DNA of 63,752 bases from Rhynchobatus australiae (GCA_034780895.1 JAUZTB010000076.1:52184236-52247987), one strand, 5' to 3'. Shown: positions 1 through 13,231, counted from the stretch's first letter. Made by a program: numbers and translations. Notes: generated from the letters alone by a model not told the origin.

Positions 1-189
1 GTCTATGTTTCTATGCTTCCTAGCTTTGCAACCGGTGGTCAGAAAAATACAACCGACTCTTCCACTCCTTCATCGGAAGCCTTCTGGGATCAAGGATGGC
101 TTGCTTCCTTTTTGCTGTGAAAAGCAGCCTCCCCTCCGTGAACTCTGTCTATACCTCTCTCTGCCTTGGAAAAGCAGCCAGCATAATCT

Positions 190-550
190 AGGACCCTTCC
201 TACCCCAGACATTCTCTTTTCTCCCTCCTTCCATTGGGCAGAAGATACAAGACCTTGAAAACATGCATGACCAGGCTCAAGGACAGCTTCTGACCCACTG
301 TTATAAGACTCTTGTATGATAAATGTGAACTCTTGACCTCACAATCTACCTCGCCATAACCTGTGCACCTTATTGTTACCTGTACTGCACTTTCTCTGTA
401 ACTGTAACACTACGTTCTGCATTCCGTTACTGCTTTTCCCTCGTACTACCTCAAAGTAGTTATGTTTTTAAAAGGATGTGTATGGATGGCTTGCAAAACT
501 AAGTTTTTAAACTGTATCTCAGTGCACTCGACAATAATAAACCTATACTT
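190..550 (+). mobile_element. Rex1/Babar-type LINE 3' fragment
   Basis: Degenerate HSLFSLLP.GRRYKTLKT..TRLKDSF-type C-terminus, followed by a 3' UTR ending acaataataaacc; similar to copies at 7366 and 30205. Confidence 0.7.
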
Positions 551-845
551 TGGATCCAGAGGCGACGGATGAGACCTACAGCCTCGTGCACAGATAGGGC
601 AGGGGTGCCTTATGGGATTGGCAGGTGGATAGTTGGGCTGGTGCACTCTTCCCACTGTATATTCCAGGCTGTGTGTGCCCCTGATGCATGGTTTTGAGGT
701 TCTGAGTGTCATCCCAAATGCTCTCTCTTTGAGTGGTCACACAAGCTGCTGATGTACCACTGCCATCATACATCACCCACAAACTCTGTAGTAATGGGAG
801 TGTGCAGCTGGCCAGACCTCCATGGTGAAAGATGCTTAAAGTCAT

Positions 846-1140
846 GCAGGCATGGTAGTGTAGTGGTTAGTGTAAGGCTATTACAGTGGCAGCTACCTCG
901 TTTCAGTTCCAGCCTCTGTCTGTAAGGAGTTTGTACATTCTCCCCATGTCTGTGTGGGTTTCCACCGGGTGCTCTGATTTCTTCCCACATTCCAAAGACG
1001 TACAGATTAGGAAGTTGTGGGCATGCTACGTTGATGCCAGAAACTTGGTGACACTTGTGGGCTGCCCGCAGAACACTCTACGCAAAAGATGCATCTCACT
1101 GAGTGTTTCAATGTACATGTGACTAATAAAGATATCTTAT
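846..1140 (+). mobile_element. tRNA-derived V-SINE (HE1-like head/core, tail type A)
   Basis: A-box-like tggtagtgtagtggttag, core ggagtttgtacattctcccc...gggtttcc..gggtgctc..tttcttcccacattccaaagacg, tail ending tgtgactaataaagatatctt. Confidence 0.85.
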
Positions 1141-2519
1141 TTCCCAAGTTTATTGCTAGTCAATGATTGAATTCCCAAGGACGCTTTTAGAATATCCATA
1201 ACATTTTTCCCTGTTTTCTTGGTAGTCTGTTCCCTTTGACNNNNNNNNNNNNNNNNNNNNNNNNNNNNNNNNNNNNNNNNNNNNNNNNNNNNNNNNNNNN
1301 NNNNNNNNNNNNNNNNNNNNNNNNNNNNNNNNNNNNNNNNNNNNNNNNNNNNNNNNNNNNNNNNNNNNNNNNNNNNNNNNNNNNNNNNNNTCTTCCAGTG
1401 AATATGGAGGATTGAGATAACATTGAGGTTCTCTCTCAAAGGCCTTGATGTGCCTGCTCCATGTTGCTCAAGTCTCTGAGCCCGTAAGAGGGCCGGTGAG
1501 GTGGCATTAGTGCTTCTAAACTCCCTTTCTAAACAGAGGCAGGTTAATGCTTACACATTAACTAATGGTATTGTTTCCTGGTAGATGCATTCATCAAAAT
1601 GATGGTGGGTGCAGCATTCTTTGAGAACGTAGCTTTATGAAAATGCAAGTAACGGACCGTTGCAGATCACCATTCAAAGTGTGAAGAGCTTAGCATTGTG
1701 TGAGATTCTACAAAGCAATGGCCGTAAATCAAAGATTACAGAAGATTCTTATATTACAAACCATTGAGACTCATATTTTGCCTCTCACTATTAATGCAAT
1801 TCTGAGATTCTAGAATCTCCAACCAAGTTATTCTCTCAGCACCCACCCTGTTACATCCCTTTGAATTTTATATTTAATTAGATTCACTCCTCCAACTTTG
1901 GAGAACATCAGCCCAGTTTACNNNNNNNNNNNNNNNNNNNNNNNNNNNNNNNNNNNNNNNNNNNNNNNNNNNNNNNNNNNNNNNNNNNNNNNNNNNNNNN
2001 NNNNNNNNNNNNNNNNNNNNNNNNNNNNNNNNNNNNNNNNNNNNNNNNNNNNNNNNNNNNNNNNNNNNNNNNNNNNNNNNNNNNNNNNNNNNNNNNNNNN
2101 NCCCACGATTCCTTTACTAGCCTAAAGTTATTGATCCCTGTGTTGAGTATAGTCAGCTACTGAGCTTCCAGAGCCTCCAGTAGAGAATTCCAAAACATCA
2201 CTGCTCTCTGGGTGAGCACATTTCTTCGCACAGGTTTGGAGATCAAAACTATAAACTGAGGTGCGCTCTCAGTTTAGGTCCTATAAGTTATCTTTACTTG
2301 TACTCTGACCCTTTGGCTTTTATTTCAGTTGGCTACCTAAATGCTTACTATACCTGCATTTTAACTTTGTTCCTTCTCAACACTAAACTACTCCATCCAC
2401 TTTTAATGCTTGCTCTGCTTTTTCAATTTTCCTTCTTAAAGTGGGTAATATCATGTTACTTCACATACATCCTATGTGCCAATTTCTTCCCCACTTTTTG
2501 GTATCTTTTTGAAAATTGA

Positions 2520-4040
2520 AATAACAGTAGGCCATTCGGCCCCTCATGCTCATTCTGCCATACAAATAAAAATCATGGCTGATCTTTTACCTCAGTGACA
2601 CTTTCCTGCCCAAGTCACCTATCCCTTAATATCTGAAAGTTTGTCACACTGTGTTGAATAAACTCAGCAAAAGGGCCTCCAGAGCCCTCTGTTTAGTTCA
2701 TTACCCTTTGGGTGAAGAAACTACTTCTTGATTACGTCCTGAATTTTGAGACTGTGACTCTTGGTTCTAGACAAAATTACTGATCAGACTACCTACATTT
2801 TTGTCCAAATATTACAACTAATGCGGGTCCTAGTACTAATCCTTGCAGAACACTGCTGGTCACAGACCTCCTGTACCACTAACCTCTGTCTTCTAATGAC
2901 CAAGCCAACTTTGGATCCAATTTACCAACTCACCAAAGGATCCTATGTGACTTAGCCTTCTGGATCAGCCTACCATGAGGGACCTCATCAAATGCTTTAT
3001 TGAAGTCCATGTACACAACATCCACTGCATTAGCCTCAATCATCGTTGTCACATCCTCAAAAACACCATCAAATTTGTGAAACAGGACATCTCCTGCACA
3101 AAGCCATGCTGACTATTTCTAACAAGTTCATCTTTTTCCAAATGTGAATAACTTCTGTCTCGAAGAATTGTCTCCAGTAACTTCCTTCCATTGGTACTGG
3201 GTTCACCTGCACAAGGTTCACTAGCCTATAATTGCCTGCTTTGTCCCTATTGCCCTTCTTAAACAAAGGAACAACATACACCAGTCTTTTGGCACTTCAC
3301 CCATGGAGAAAGAGGATACAAAGATCTCTGTCAAAGCCCCAGCAATCTCCTCCTCGCTTCCCTCAGTCTCATGCCCTGGGGATTTATCCATCTTAAATGT
3401 TTTTCAAGACACCTAACACCACCTCCTCCTTAATATTGGCATGCCCCAGAATATCACCATACCCATCCCTAATCTCACCATCATCATGTCCTTCTCCTTG
3501 GTGAATACCAATGTGAAGTACTCATTAAGGATCTCACCTACTGCCTCTGTCACTGTGCATAAATTCCTTCCTTTGTTCTTGAGTGGATCTGCCTTTTCCC
3601 TAGATACCCTCTTGCTCCAAATAAGATGCCTTGGGATTTTCCCTAATCCTACTTTCCAAGGACATTTTATGCCCCCTTTTAGCCCTTCTAATTCCTTTTC
3701 TTTTCCTGCTTCCTTTCAACTTCCAGAACCTTGTCAAATTTCTGCTTCCCAAACTTAAAATATCTCGTCACTCAAAAGGTTCCCAACCATGCCATCTTTA
3801 TATTTCATTCTCTCTGGAACATGCTGGTCCTCAACTCCAATCAACTGACCTTAAGAAGACTCCCACATGTCAGATGTGGATTTATCCTCAAGCAGCCACC
3901 CCCATTCTACTTTTTCCAGTTCCTGCCTAATACTGTTGTAATTAGCCTTCCCCCAAGTTAGCATTTTCACCCAAGGTCCAGTCTTATCCTTATAAGTATT
4001 GATCTTAAAGCTTATAGGTTGCAAATGGCTGAAGTCCAAG
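2520..4040 (-). mobile_element. CR1-clade LINE fragments (degenerate ORF2 and 3' end)
   Basis: Minus-strand ORF pieces VVPLFKKGNRDKAGNYRLVNL and WGKANYNSIRQELEKVEW..LLEDKSTSDMWES are typical CR1 ORF2 motifs; a CR1-type 3' tail lies near 2520-2770. Confidence 0.85.
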
Positions 4041-4883
4041 CATTATTTGTTCCAGTATCCCTCTCCCTACTGCTAATTGGCTCTTATATTTTTACTCTGT
4101 CTTCTGTCTATTTATCATTACATTTCCTCTGTTATGGGGAAATTACCAGAATCTGGTATTAAGGATGTAGTAAGAGAGCACTTAATACAAAAAAAAATCA
4201 TGAATGGGCAGAGTCAACATAAAGTTACGAAAGGGGAAATTTACCTTGATTAGAACGGCTCTGTGTGATGCTGACACAGTACACAGTTTCCGTCTGTAGG
4301 AAGTGCAGCCTATTAACAGAAATGAGGTCAGGCTATAAGCACAAGGAAATAGTGGTGGTGAAAGATCAGTCTGTCTTTGATGATAGTTAGTGTACTCGTT
4401 GATGTTCTACCTTGCTAACAACTTTCTTCAATATGGTTTATAATGGAACTGCATGATATTGGGTTAGACTGCAGTCCTTTTTCCAATCTGGGTTTGATTC
4501 AAGTCTGGAAAGTTGGGGTGGAAGTCTTCTAACAAGAGTGAATCACTGGTCAGCCAACAAACAAAACTGTGCAACGCTATTGAATGCAGGATGTGTTTCA
4601 CACCTTTGAACAGTAACAACATCCTTAATTCCACTCCAGACTGAACACTGAGCTCATAAATGACACCAACCAGAGGATTAATGTACGTTTTCAATCTTTT
4701 TCGACCCCTTGTAGTGAAAGGATGAGTGGACAGTTTGAATTTGTTTTTGCCCATTGATGTGGTAACTTTGATCTCTTCTGAGCAAAAATTAAGGAAAATT
4801 CATTAATCCTTTTGATATGTTAGCAGGTTATTTGCTCAGCCATGTGCAACTTGCACACGAGCACAAACCAATCAAATAATTTA

Positions 4884-5135
4884 GGGCGGCACGGTAGCAT
4901 AGCAGTTAGCACAATGCTATTACAGCACCAGCGATCGGGGTTCGATTCCCGTCGCCGTCTGTAGGGAGTTTGTACGTTCTCCCGTGTCTGCGTGGGGTTC
5001 CTCCNNNNNNNNNNNNNNNNNNNNNNNNNNNNNNNNNNNNNNNNNNNNNNNNNNNNNNNNNNNNNNNNNNNNNNNNNNNNNNNNNNNNNNNNNNNNNNNN
5101 NNNNCTGTAAATAAAATTTAAAAAAAATTTTAAAT
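4884..5135 (+). mobile_element. V-SINE copy (middle in gap)
   Basis: gggcggcacggtagcatagcagttagc...ggggttcgattccc (A and B boxes), then the core; ends ctgtaaataaaatttaaa. Confidence 0.85.
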
Positions 5136-5269
5136 AAACACCTGGACCAGAGCAAGTCCACCAAAATCCTTCTGACTGAAGGGAGGATGGAATGCAAGCA
5201 GTATTCTTGTGGGGAAAAAAAAGACATGGAATGAGGAAGGATTTGCTACACATAGACTGGACTCCCAAC

Positions 5270-5920
5270 CTTCCATTTCCCACTGGAAATCTCTGCATCA
5301 ACCTGCAAAATTATCTGACAAAACTCCTTTATACCCATAATCAGTAGTTGTCTGTCATTCAGACCTGGAGTTATTATCCTCCAAATACATGCCCATGCTC
5401 TCAAGCTCAGCAGCAAAGGAACAACCGGGTCCCACAGAACATACAGTCATCAGATCCTATGCCTCATTTGCTTCCCAACTGCAAACTGATCCTACTGCCT
5501 TTTAAACAGAAGTTAGTTATCTTAGTTTTGGCTGTCAGACGTTACTTCTGTTCCCCCAGCTCTGGCCTCTGACGTAGCTACTTAATTGACAGAATGAATT
5601 GTTTTATCACCAGGGTCATTCAACAAGGTTGGCTGCTTTCCTTGATTATTAATCACTCTTTTTGGCTCCTTCGATCATTCTTCCGCTTCAATTCTTTACT
5701 CTTATCTGCACCTTCATTCTTTTCAGCCTCTAGGATAAGCACTTCCATTTCCCACTGGAAATCTCTGCATCAGCCTGCAAAATGATCTGACAAAACTCCT
5801 TTATGCCTATAATCAGTGGTTGTCTGTCATTCAAACCTGAAGTGTATAACCTAAACCGAAAGAGTTTTGTTAAATCATTTTTCAGGTTGATGCAGAGATT
5901 TCCAGTGGGAATTGGAAGTG
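5270..5920. repeat. Local triple repeat: direct copies 5270-5370 and 5742-5842, plus an inverted copy 5862-5920
   Basis: cttccatttcccactggaaatctctgcatca.cctgcaaaat.atctgacaaaactcc... occurs twice in direct orientation and once reverse-complemented. Confidence 0.9.
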
Positions 5921-7365
5921 GCCACATCAAGTCAAACTATTAGACAGAAGCATCCAGGTCAAATGTTGGTGTGGAATGTAAAAAGAACAAGAATGCAAGA
6001 TGAACACCCGCTGAATTTTAAAATTTATGTCTCACATAAACTTGATAAACACTTGGTCTAGCGCACTGTTCCAGATGAAAGACTCTGTAATAACTTCTTC
6101 AGGAATTAATTCACGTTGCTGTGGATTAAACCTCACCATTTGTCATAGAATGGGAATGTTTTACACCCTGCAGGATTTCTCTCCCCGTTACAATGCTGTA
6201 ATTCATCCTATTATAGTACAAGTCAGATGTTAGGCAATGGCCAAGGGCATTTTTGAGACAGAGGTAATCTTATATCCAAGATTTTATTTTGGAGAAAAAA
6301 AATCCATTCCTGCTCTGATGCAGTGTTTGTATTCAGAAAGCTATTTGACAGTTGCCAGGTAACAGGTGGCATGAAACTAGAAACTACACAGCAGACTATG
6401 CTCCAGAAGTTGCTTGCATTTTAAGAGCAACCTGCCACCCAATGTATAAATTAAATTATAAAAGAAAAGCAGCATTTAGATTTTTTTATTATTTCATTGA
6501 AACTAAATGGGAATTTTAACACTGCAATTTAGTATTTTGTCTAATATAAACTGCCAATCTTAAAGCAACCAAGGGGGCAATGCTAGAAATAAAATATTAT
6601 GCTTTATCACAGTTACCTTACCAGGAAGCCATATAATCGAGATTGAGACCATACGTCAAGCACCCCAGTTTGTTCAGACATTCTGACATTAAGCAGCCAC
6701 AATCCCAAATCAGAGCAACCAAATTTGGCAGAATTAAAGCCTGCCTGCTTCACTGTTCTTAAGAATCCACTCCCTGCACCACCAGGGCATGAATGCAACC
6801 TGTACCACCTGCACATTGTTCTGCAATGATCCGCCAAGGCTTCTTTGGCAACACTTCACAAGCCTGTGAACTTTGCCAAGCAGAAGGACAAGGGCACTAG
6901 GTACATAGGAATGCCTTCACCTTCCAGCTCCCTCCAAGGCATACATCATCCTGATTTGGACATGCGTTTAGGCCACTGAAGCTCCTGACCTAACATTGCG
7001 CATGCATCTTGCCACAAATTCTGCAAGAAGGTGGCTCATCACAATCTTCTGCCCCATCACAACCTTCTAAAGGGGCACTAAAGCTGGGTTGTAAGTACTG
7101 TTCTTGCTGGTGATGCCCATCCAATTAAATAAATAAAAAGCTGGCCAGCCTTATATTTGCCTGTTTAAATACACGAAACAACTCTGCCTATTGTGCTGTG
7201 ACTGCTGGTGAACGTTAAGCTGTTTGTCACTCACCTGGACTCAATGTACTTTGTTCCTTTGACAGCACCTTAGAATGTGTTTGTCCTGCTTTGAACCACA
7301 AGGAAAATGAACCAGCATCTTTACTTTCTTAGGAGTTTAAGGTGGTTTGGTATGTTACTGAACAC

Positions 7366-8115
7366 TAAAACTAAAGAGCTGATTGTTGACTTCAGGAAAG
7401 GGCAGCAGGGTGAACATGCACCAGTCTACACTGGCATAGAGAGTCAGCAGCTTTAAATTCCTGGGCATTAACACATCAGATGACCTGTCCTGGGCCCAGC
7501 ACATAGATGCAGAAGCGTGACAGCGTCTTTACTTTGTTAAAAGGTCAAGGAGGTTCGACTTGTCCCCAATCACTCTAACAAACTTCTACAGATGTACTAT
7601 TGAAAGTATCTTAACTGGTTGCATCATGGTCTGGTACAACAATTTAAATGCGCAGAAATGTAAGAAGCTGCAGAGATTAGTGGACTCAGCCCAATGCATC
7701 ACAGGCACGTCCCTCCCCACCATCAGTAGTATCCAGATGAGGTGCTGCCTCAAGAAGGCAACATCCAAAGATCCCCACCATCCAGGCCATGCCATCTTCT
7801 TGCAGCTACCATCAGGCAGCCTGAGGTCCCACACCACCAAGATCAAGAACAGTTACTTCCCTTCAACTATTTGGCTCTTGAACCAACCTGCACAACCCTA
7901 ATCATTGCTTCAGTACAGCAACATCATGACCACTTTGCACAATAATGGACTTTTTTTTATTCTAATTGCATTCTTTCTTGTAAAATGTATGCTTTTCTTG
8001 TGAATGTTGCATATCTGATGCTACATGCTCATGATGCTGCTGCAAGTAAGTTTTCCATTGCACTTATGCAGACATGTACTTGTGCAATATGACGATAAAC
8101 TTCACTTCGACTTCA
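7366..8115 (+). mobile_element. Rex1/Babar LINE, 5'-truncated
   Basis: KTKELIVDFRK motif, then LTNFYRCTIESILTGCIMVWY...KKLQRLVDSAQCITGTSLPTI...HHPGHAIFLQLPSG..KNSYFP; short-repeat tail acttcacttcgacttc. Confidence 0.9.
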
Positions 8116-9420
8116 GAGGTAGTGGTACACAATCGCAAATGTTTTTAGAAAGAGCTACAATTGAAGATTTTAAAAAGAAATTTCAACAGTTTACCAAAGT
8201 TTCTTCAAACTTCAGTTTCAAAGTTTAATCTCAGTTTTACACCCATTTCCCATAATGGACATAGAGTAGTTTAATTTGAATGAAACAGGATGCAAAACAG
8301 CACAACAAATCACCCAGCCCTTTGTTTTCATTCCATCAGCTGCTTTGAACTACAAATTATACACAAATCATTACCCACTTTACGGAGGTTCACAGGTTTG
8401 GTGCTCTGCCTCCACTCAGGTTCTTTGATGTCACATCAATTTTGAGCAGATGCTTTTGTAAATGATATTATAATTTAGCCAATATGGAATATGTGCACCA
8501 ACAACATCGCGAATCTTAACTGCAGATTGCTCAATAAAATTTGTAACATTTATTTCAAAATTATTAAGCGTCTGGATATAAAACCTTCCATTATGCAAGC
8601 ACTGGAGTGCATCATGACCATACCCCATGGATTAAATGTTCAAAGGTTATCACCATTCCCCAACAATTCAAGAAGCTCTTTTCCAAAAAAAAAACTCAGG
8701 GAAAGGGAAAAAGGTATTTACAGCTCATTCCAGTGCTCAAATGATAACAAAAAGGAAAAGGATTTGCATCTCAACTTCAGTTTTAAGACCACTCTAGTTA
8801 TTAATCTGCATTTTCAGAGTCCTGTGCAGATGTAATGAATGTTTCTGGAGTTCCAATCATTGAATCACTCCTATTTTTTGTTAAACTATTAATTGAATAA
8901 CTTCCAAATTCATGAGACATTTTACTTTTCATAACTGATCTTGTGGGATGTACCAAGATCCAAAATCTCTTTTTTTTAAGACAAAGAGAAATCCTTATTT
9001 ATTGAATATAATGTGGAGAATTGTAAAGGATGAGCCTCCAGTGAATTCTTAACCTGTGGTAAAGTCCTTTGCAGAACATGCAGATGATGCACATGGTACA
9101 TGAGGGGCTCAAAAGGTTCATGCAGTTTATTCAAGAGCTCTTTACAGACTGTCTTTGGAACTTTCAGTACACATTTTTACAGGCTAGAGAACAGTTAGTC
9201 ACATAACATGACCTTAAAGTTGACAGCCTTGAGGCAACAATATCATTCACAACCAACACATTTAAAATATTTAATGTTAAAATTAAGTAATTAAAATGTA
9301 ATTAGTAAGAATACAAACCATTTAAGAGCCCTTATTCAAAATGAAATACAAAAACTGGTGTCCAGTTCTTTAGATTGAACATCTGACCCCTTTCTCCCCT
9401 CTACATTATTTTTGCCACAT

Positions 9421-9850
9421 TGTTGTCGGATCCAGTTATTTTCGAACCCACGGGTTAAGAATGAGTTGAAAACAACTTGGTGCTTCATAAAGTTTTACTG
9501 GAAAATTTTAAAACAAAGAAAACAGTCACAGAGAACATGGCACCAGCTTTACTACTGAGAGATGAACCGAGACAAAAGGAACTAAAGATGAGCTNNNGTC
9601 GGGAGGGAGTGGGTAGGGAATGAGGGGAGAGCAAGAGAGAGAGAGATAGAGGCAAGAGAGCAATTAACAAAAAAAAAGACACCTTTTATACCCAAGAAGT
9701 ACTCCTTAGCTAACAATAGTCCAATCAGGAAACCTATTAGATACCTGTGGCCAAACCAACCAATGAGAAAACACATATTCACCTGATGGGACAAACCAAT
9801 GAGCTAGGAAGCAGCCATTCCTTGTGCAGTCACTTGAGGTGTTTTCAACA
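9421..9850 (-). mobile_element. LTR-like element (430 bp)
   Basis: TGTTG...CAACA termini, three CCAAT boxes (9721, 9760, 9796), minus-strand TATAAAA (9684-9690), a CT-rich tract and AGTAAA (9494-9499). No TSD is visible. Confidence 0.55.
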
Positions 9851-10615
9851 CTATACATGTTAAAAAAAAAACTACTTAAAACAGTCGAATTCAACATTAT
9901 GAACTCATAAAGGATGGTATATTTCATGTCTGTCCCAAGAAGCAACTATCACCATAGATGCCAAACCAGTGACATTACTGCTCTTTGCAACACTAAAAGG
10001 ACTGAAAATTATGGTATGGTTACTGTAGTTTCGACATATAAAAGTCTATAATCCAACACCTGGTAACAGTTTTGCTAAAATAATGATACATTATTTAGTG
10101 GAAATTGTGTGGCATGCATTAACAACAAACAATGCTCATGGGTTCATGCATGCTATTGGACAAATATCTTAATTAAAGCGAGAGCCAAAACATATTACTT
10201 GCAGCCTTTCTCTACATTCATGAATTTTATGGCACAGTCTAACTTCAGTAATTTAATTCTCCAGCAGGAATTCCATTAAATAATTTTCTAAAACCACCAA
10301 CAAAAATTGTAAAAATATAGCAGTACTAAATAAGTTATTAAATGTTGCATGATTTTAAATTGTTAAGAACCCAGGGAGAGTTTAAGAACTTTTTGTTCCT
10401 GAGAAAATCATTTCAGCAAAACCCTCCACAAAAAATTAAAGACTCTATTTCAGTGAGTACTGATATCATTTGAATATTCTAACAATGATACTGTGCATAT
10501 CACTTTTAAAGCAGAAAGCTACAGCTATTTTGTAGTGANNNNNNNNNNNNNNNNNNNNNNNNNNNNNNNNNNNNNNNNNNNNNNNNNNNNNNNNNNNNNN
10601 NNNNNNNNNNNNNNN

Positions 10616-10862
10616 GACCTGGGTTCAATTCCGGCCACTGTCTGTAAGGAGTTTGTACGTTCTTCCCATGTCTGCGTGGGCTTCCTCCGGGTGCTCCAGT
10701 TCCTCCCACATTCCAGATGTACAGGTTAGGAAGCTGTGGGCGTGCTATGTTGGTGCCGGAAGCATGATGATACTTGCGGGCTGCCCCCAGAACACTCCAC
10801 AAAAGTGCATTTCACTGTTTGATGTACATGTGACTGATAACAAAGATATTTAAGATATCTTT
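10616..10862 (+). mobile_element. V-SINE copy, tail type A (5' end in gap)
   Basis: B-box gggttcaattcc, the core, and the same tail as 846-1140. Confidence 0.85.
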
Positions 10863-13231
10863 TAAACTTTAAAATTTTCTTATAAAAGCAGGAATCAAAA
10901 TGGACAACAATTATACCTCTCTACTGTGACATACAAGTCCAATTCAAGATAACAGAGCCTCAAATAGAAACTCTGCAAAACTGCATTAAAGAAAGATTGA
11001 ATTACCAGAGATCTCTTGGAGGGGAGCTAGCCAGGAGGATTCCCTCATCCACCTCCCAATAACTGGTGTGTCCAAGCCAAGACAATTTTAGCATTGAGCT
11101 TTTCACCTTCAGCATGCCCTACCCAATGGCGAATTCCAAAAATCAGCCTAAATCCAAACAGTTTGTTGGCCTCCTTTTCCCAGAAGGCAGCGTTCCCAGA
11201 AAGCACAGCCTCAACATTCAGATCTCTGCAGCTGATGCTCGTGCAACATATATCAGGATCCAGAACTCTGCTTTCTTTTGACTAGATATAATGCACCTTC
11301 AGTGAATATTGAAAGCCAGTGGCTGCAGATCAGAAGAGAATGAATAATCAGCATGATTAAACCTGCTTTGTATGAGAGGGAGCTGGGATCCTGGAACACC
11401 CAATCCTGGGCTGAATTGGTGTTGAACCCTAACTGGATATGGGATCACAAGCTCATTTCTGGCAATCCAATGGCATGTCAAAGAGAGAGTTAAGTGTTAG
11501 TTGTATCATTTATTAATTGGATTTAATTGTATTTTCATTCCCTCAGCCTCCCCTCCCTCCCCACCAGTTGCACTGTTCCAGCTCCTTAGCTGCAAGTGTT
11601 CCATTAATGGAGGTCCATTTTCTGATAAAGCTTGACGGTATTTTCTGTGGTGGGAAGAAAATGCACCCTGATTCATACACGGTCTTGCTGCATGGACTTG
11701 CCTTGAGCAGATACACAGGCCTTTGACATGAGCAAGGTGTAGGTGTGTTCCCAATGAGGCAATGCAAAATACTAAAACAATGGGAAGGAATAAATTAGAA
11801 CAACAGCCAGGAATGCTAACCATCACGGGGCCTCACAATTCACGCCAGCAGCAAAAAACACTTGGGTCAAATGACCAACTAACCACACTGGGGAAGGCTT
11901 GACTGGGTAACTTTAACAACGCATTGCTGGTGAAAGCCGTTGACGTTTTCAGTTTCCAGGCCAGGGAGAGCGAGAGCACAGATTTCACCCCAGTGCAGAG
12001 CTTTCCTCCTGTTACGTCAGCGGGTCAGGATCAGCAGTTGCTGGCAGTTCCCATTTTCCTGGCCTGGGCTCTAACGCTGCCTCTCCACAGCTCTCCCATT
12101 GAAGCACTGATGAAGATAGAGGTGCTGTGACGTATTCAGGTTTGAATGGAGGCCTAGCTGTCAATTAGTACCGGGTTGTGTTGTGCACGTTCAGCAGGTG
12201 GCAAGTGGAGCCAGCATAGCCTCGATGGGCCAAATAGCCTCCTTCTACATTGTAAGAAAATATGGAATCACAGGGACACTTGACAGTCAAGAGTGGTACC
12301 AGAATGAAGATAATCCTGGCTGCTGTTCTAACTTGTTCTTTCCTGTTACGGCAGGAATATGTTTCTGAAATGAATATGAAATTACTTCCATCCCTGAATG
12401 TTCACAATCTGCTTTCCTGTCACCTACCACCTCCGTTCTACCCAAAGTGGTGGGCTATATACTTCTTGCCCACTCCTTGGGAGGCTTAGGAGGCCGTATA
12501 TCTCCCCGAAAATACTCACGGAACAGTTGAGTTTCCCTGCCAGAGTGCCTGCCGTCTAATTTTAAAAATCTTTTACGTTTCTTTTCCCTTTTGGCTCATA
12601 CTGAATTGCAGTCCAGTCAGGGATGATAACTGTCGCCCAGCTAAAGAAAGCAAAGGTCATTAATGGTTTCACAAGCAAGGAATTGTCTTTATTTGAATAG
12701 CTGAGAAATTAATGTGTTCATTTTATGTAATTAGGAAAATATTCTGAAGCAATTTTCTTTTAACTACAGTAGTCTTTTGATGCTTAAATTGTATTAAAAA
12801 TTGGTTTGTGGTTAAACTAATACATGTATATGAATACTATATTGGCTTTGAGAACAAAATATTACAGTAGTTATAATTAATTTACTGAATAATTACTGCA
12901 CTACATTTGTTCTTAGCACATAAAGGATTAAGTGCTCAGTCGCACTGATGAGAGTGCTGGCTTCTCAAGCTAAGGCCTTTGTTCAACTCACTTGATCATC
13001 CCCAGATGAGCAAGTTTTGTGGTTCTCTGCCAGGCTGCTGGACAGAATGACTCATAGTTCTAGAATGCTTCATCTTAAGAGAGAGCTGTAATTACCATCG
13101 CAACCCCGACCCATGCAAAACAGTACAGTATTAATATTACCCAGGGGTATATCTTATCTTTAGCTGGAGTATTAAAGAGATGAGAATATGGGACAGCGTA
13201 ACGGGAGGCAATGAGTTATTTGTAACAGTAC

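Noticed and set aside
846-920. tRNA-like A/B-box sequences
   Set aside because: These are SINE heads; there is no complete cloverleaf.
4464-4778. Minus-strand ORF with splice-like ends (EIKVTTSMGKNKFKLSTHPF...)
   Set aside because: No recognisable homology and no phase-consistent partner exons.
8431-8835. Overlapping 65- and 114-aa ORFs beside the LTR-like element
   Set aside because: No gag, pol, env or transposase motif recognised.
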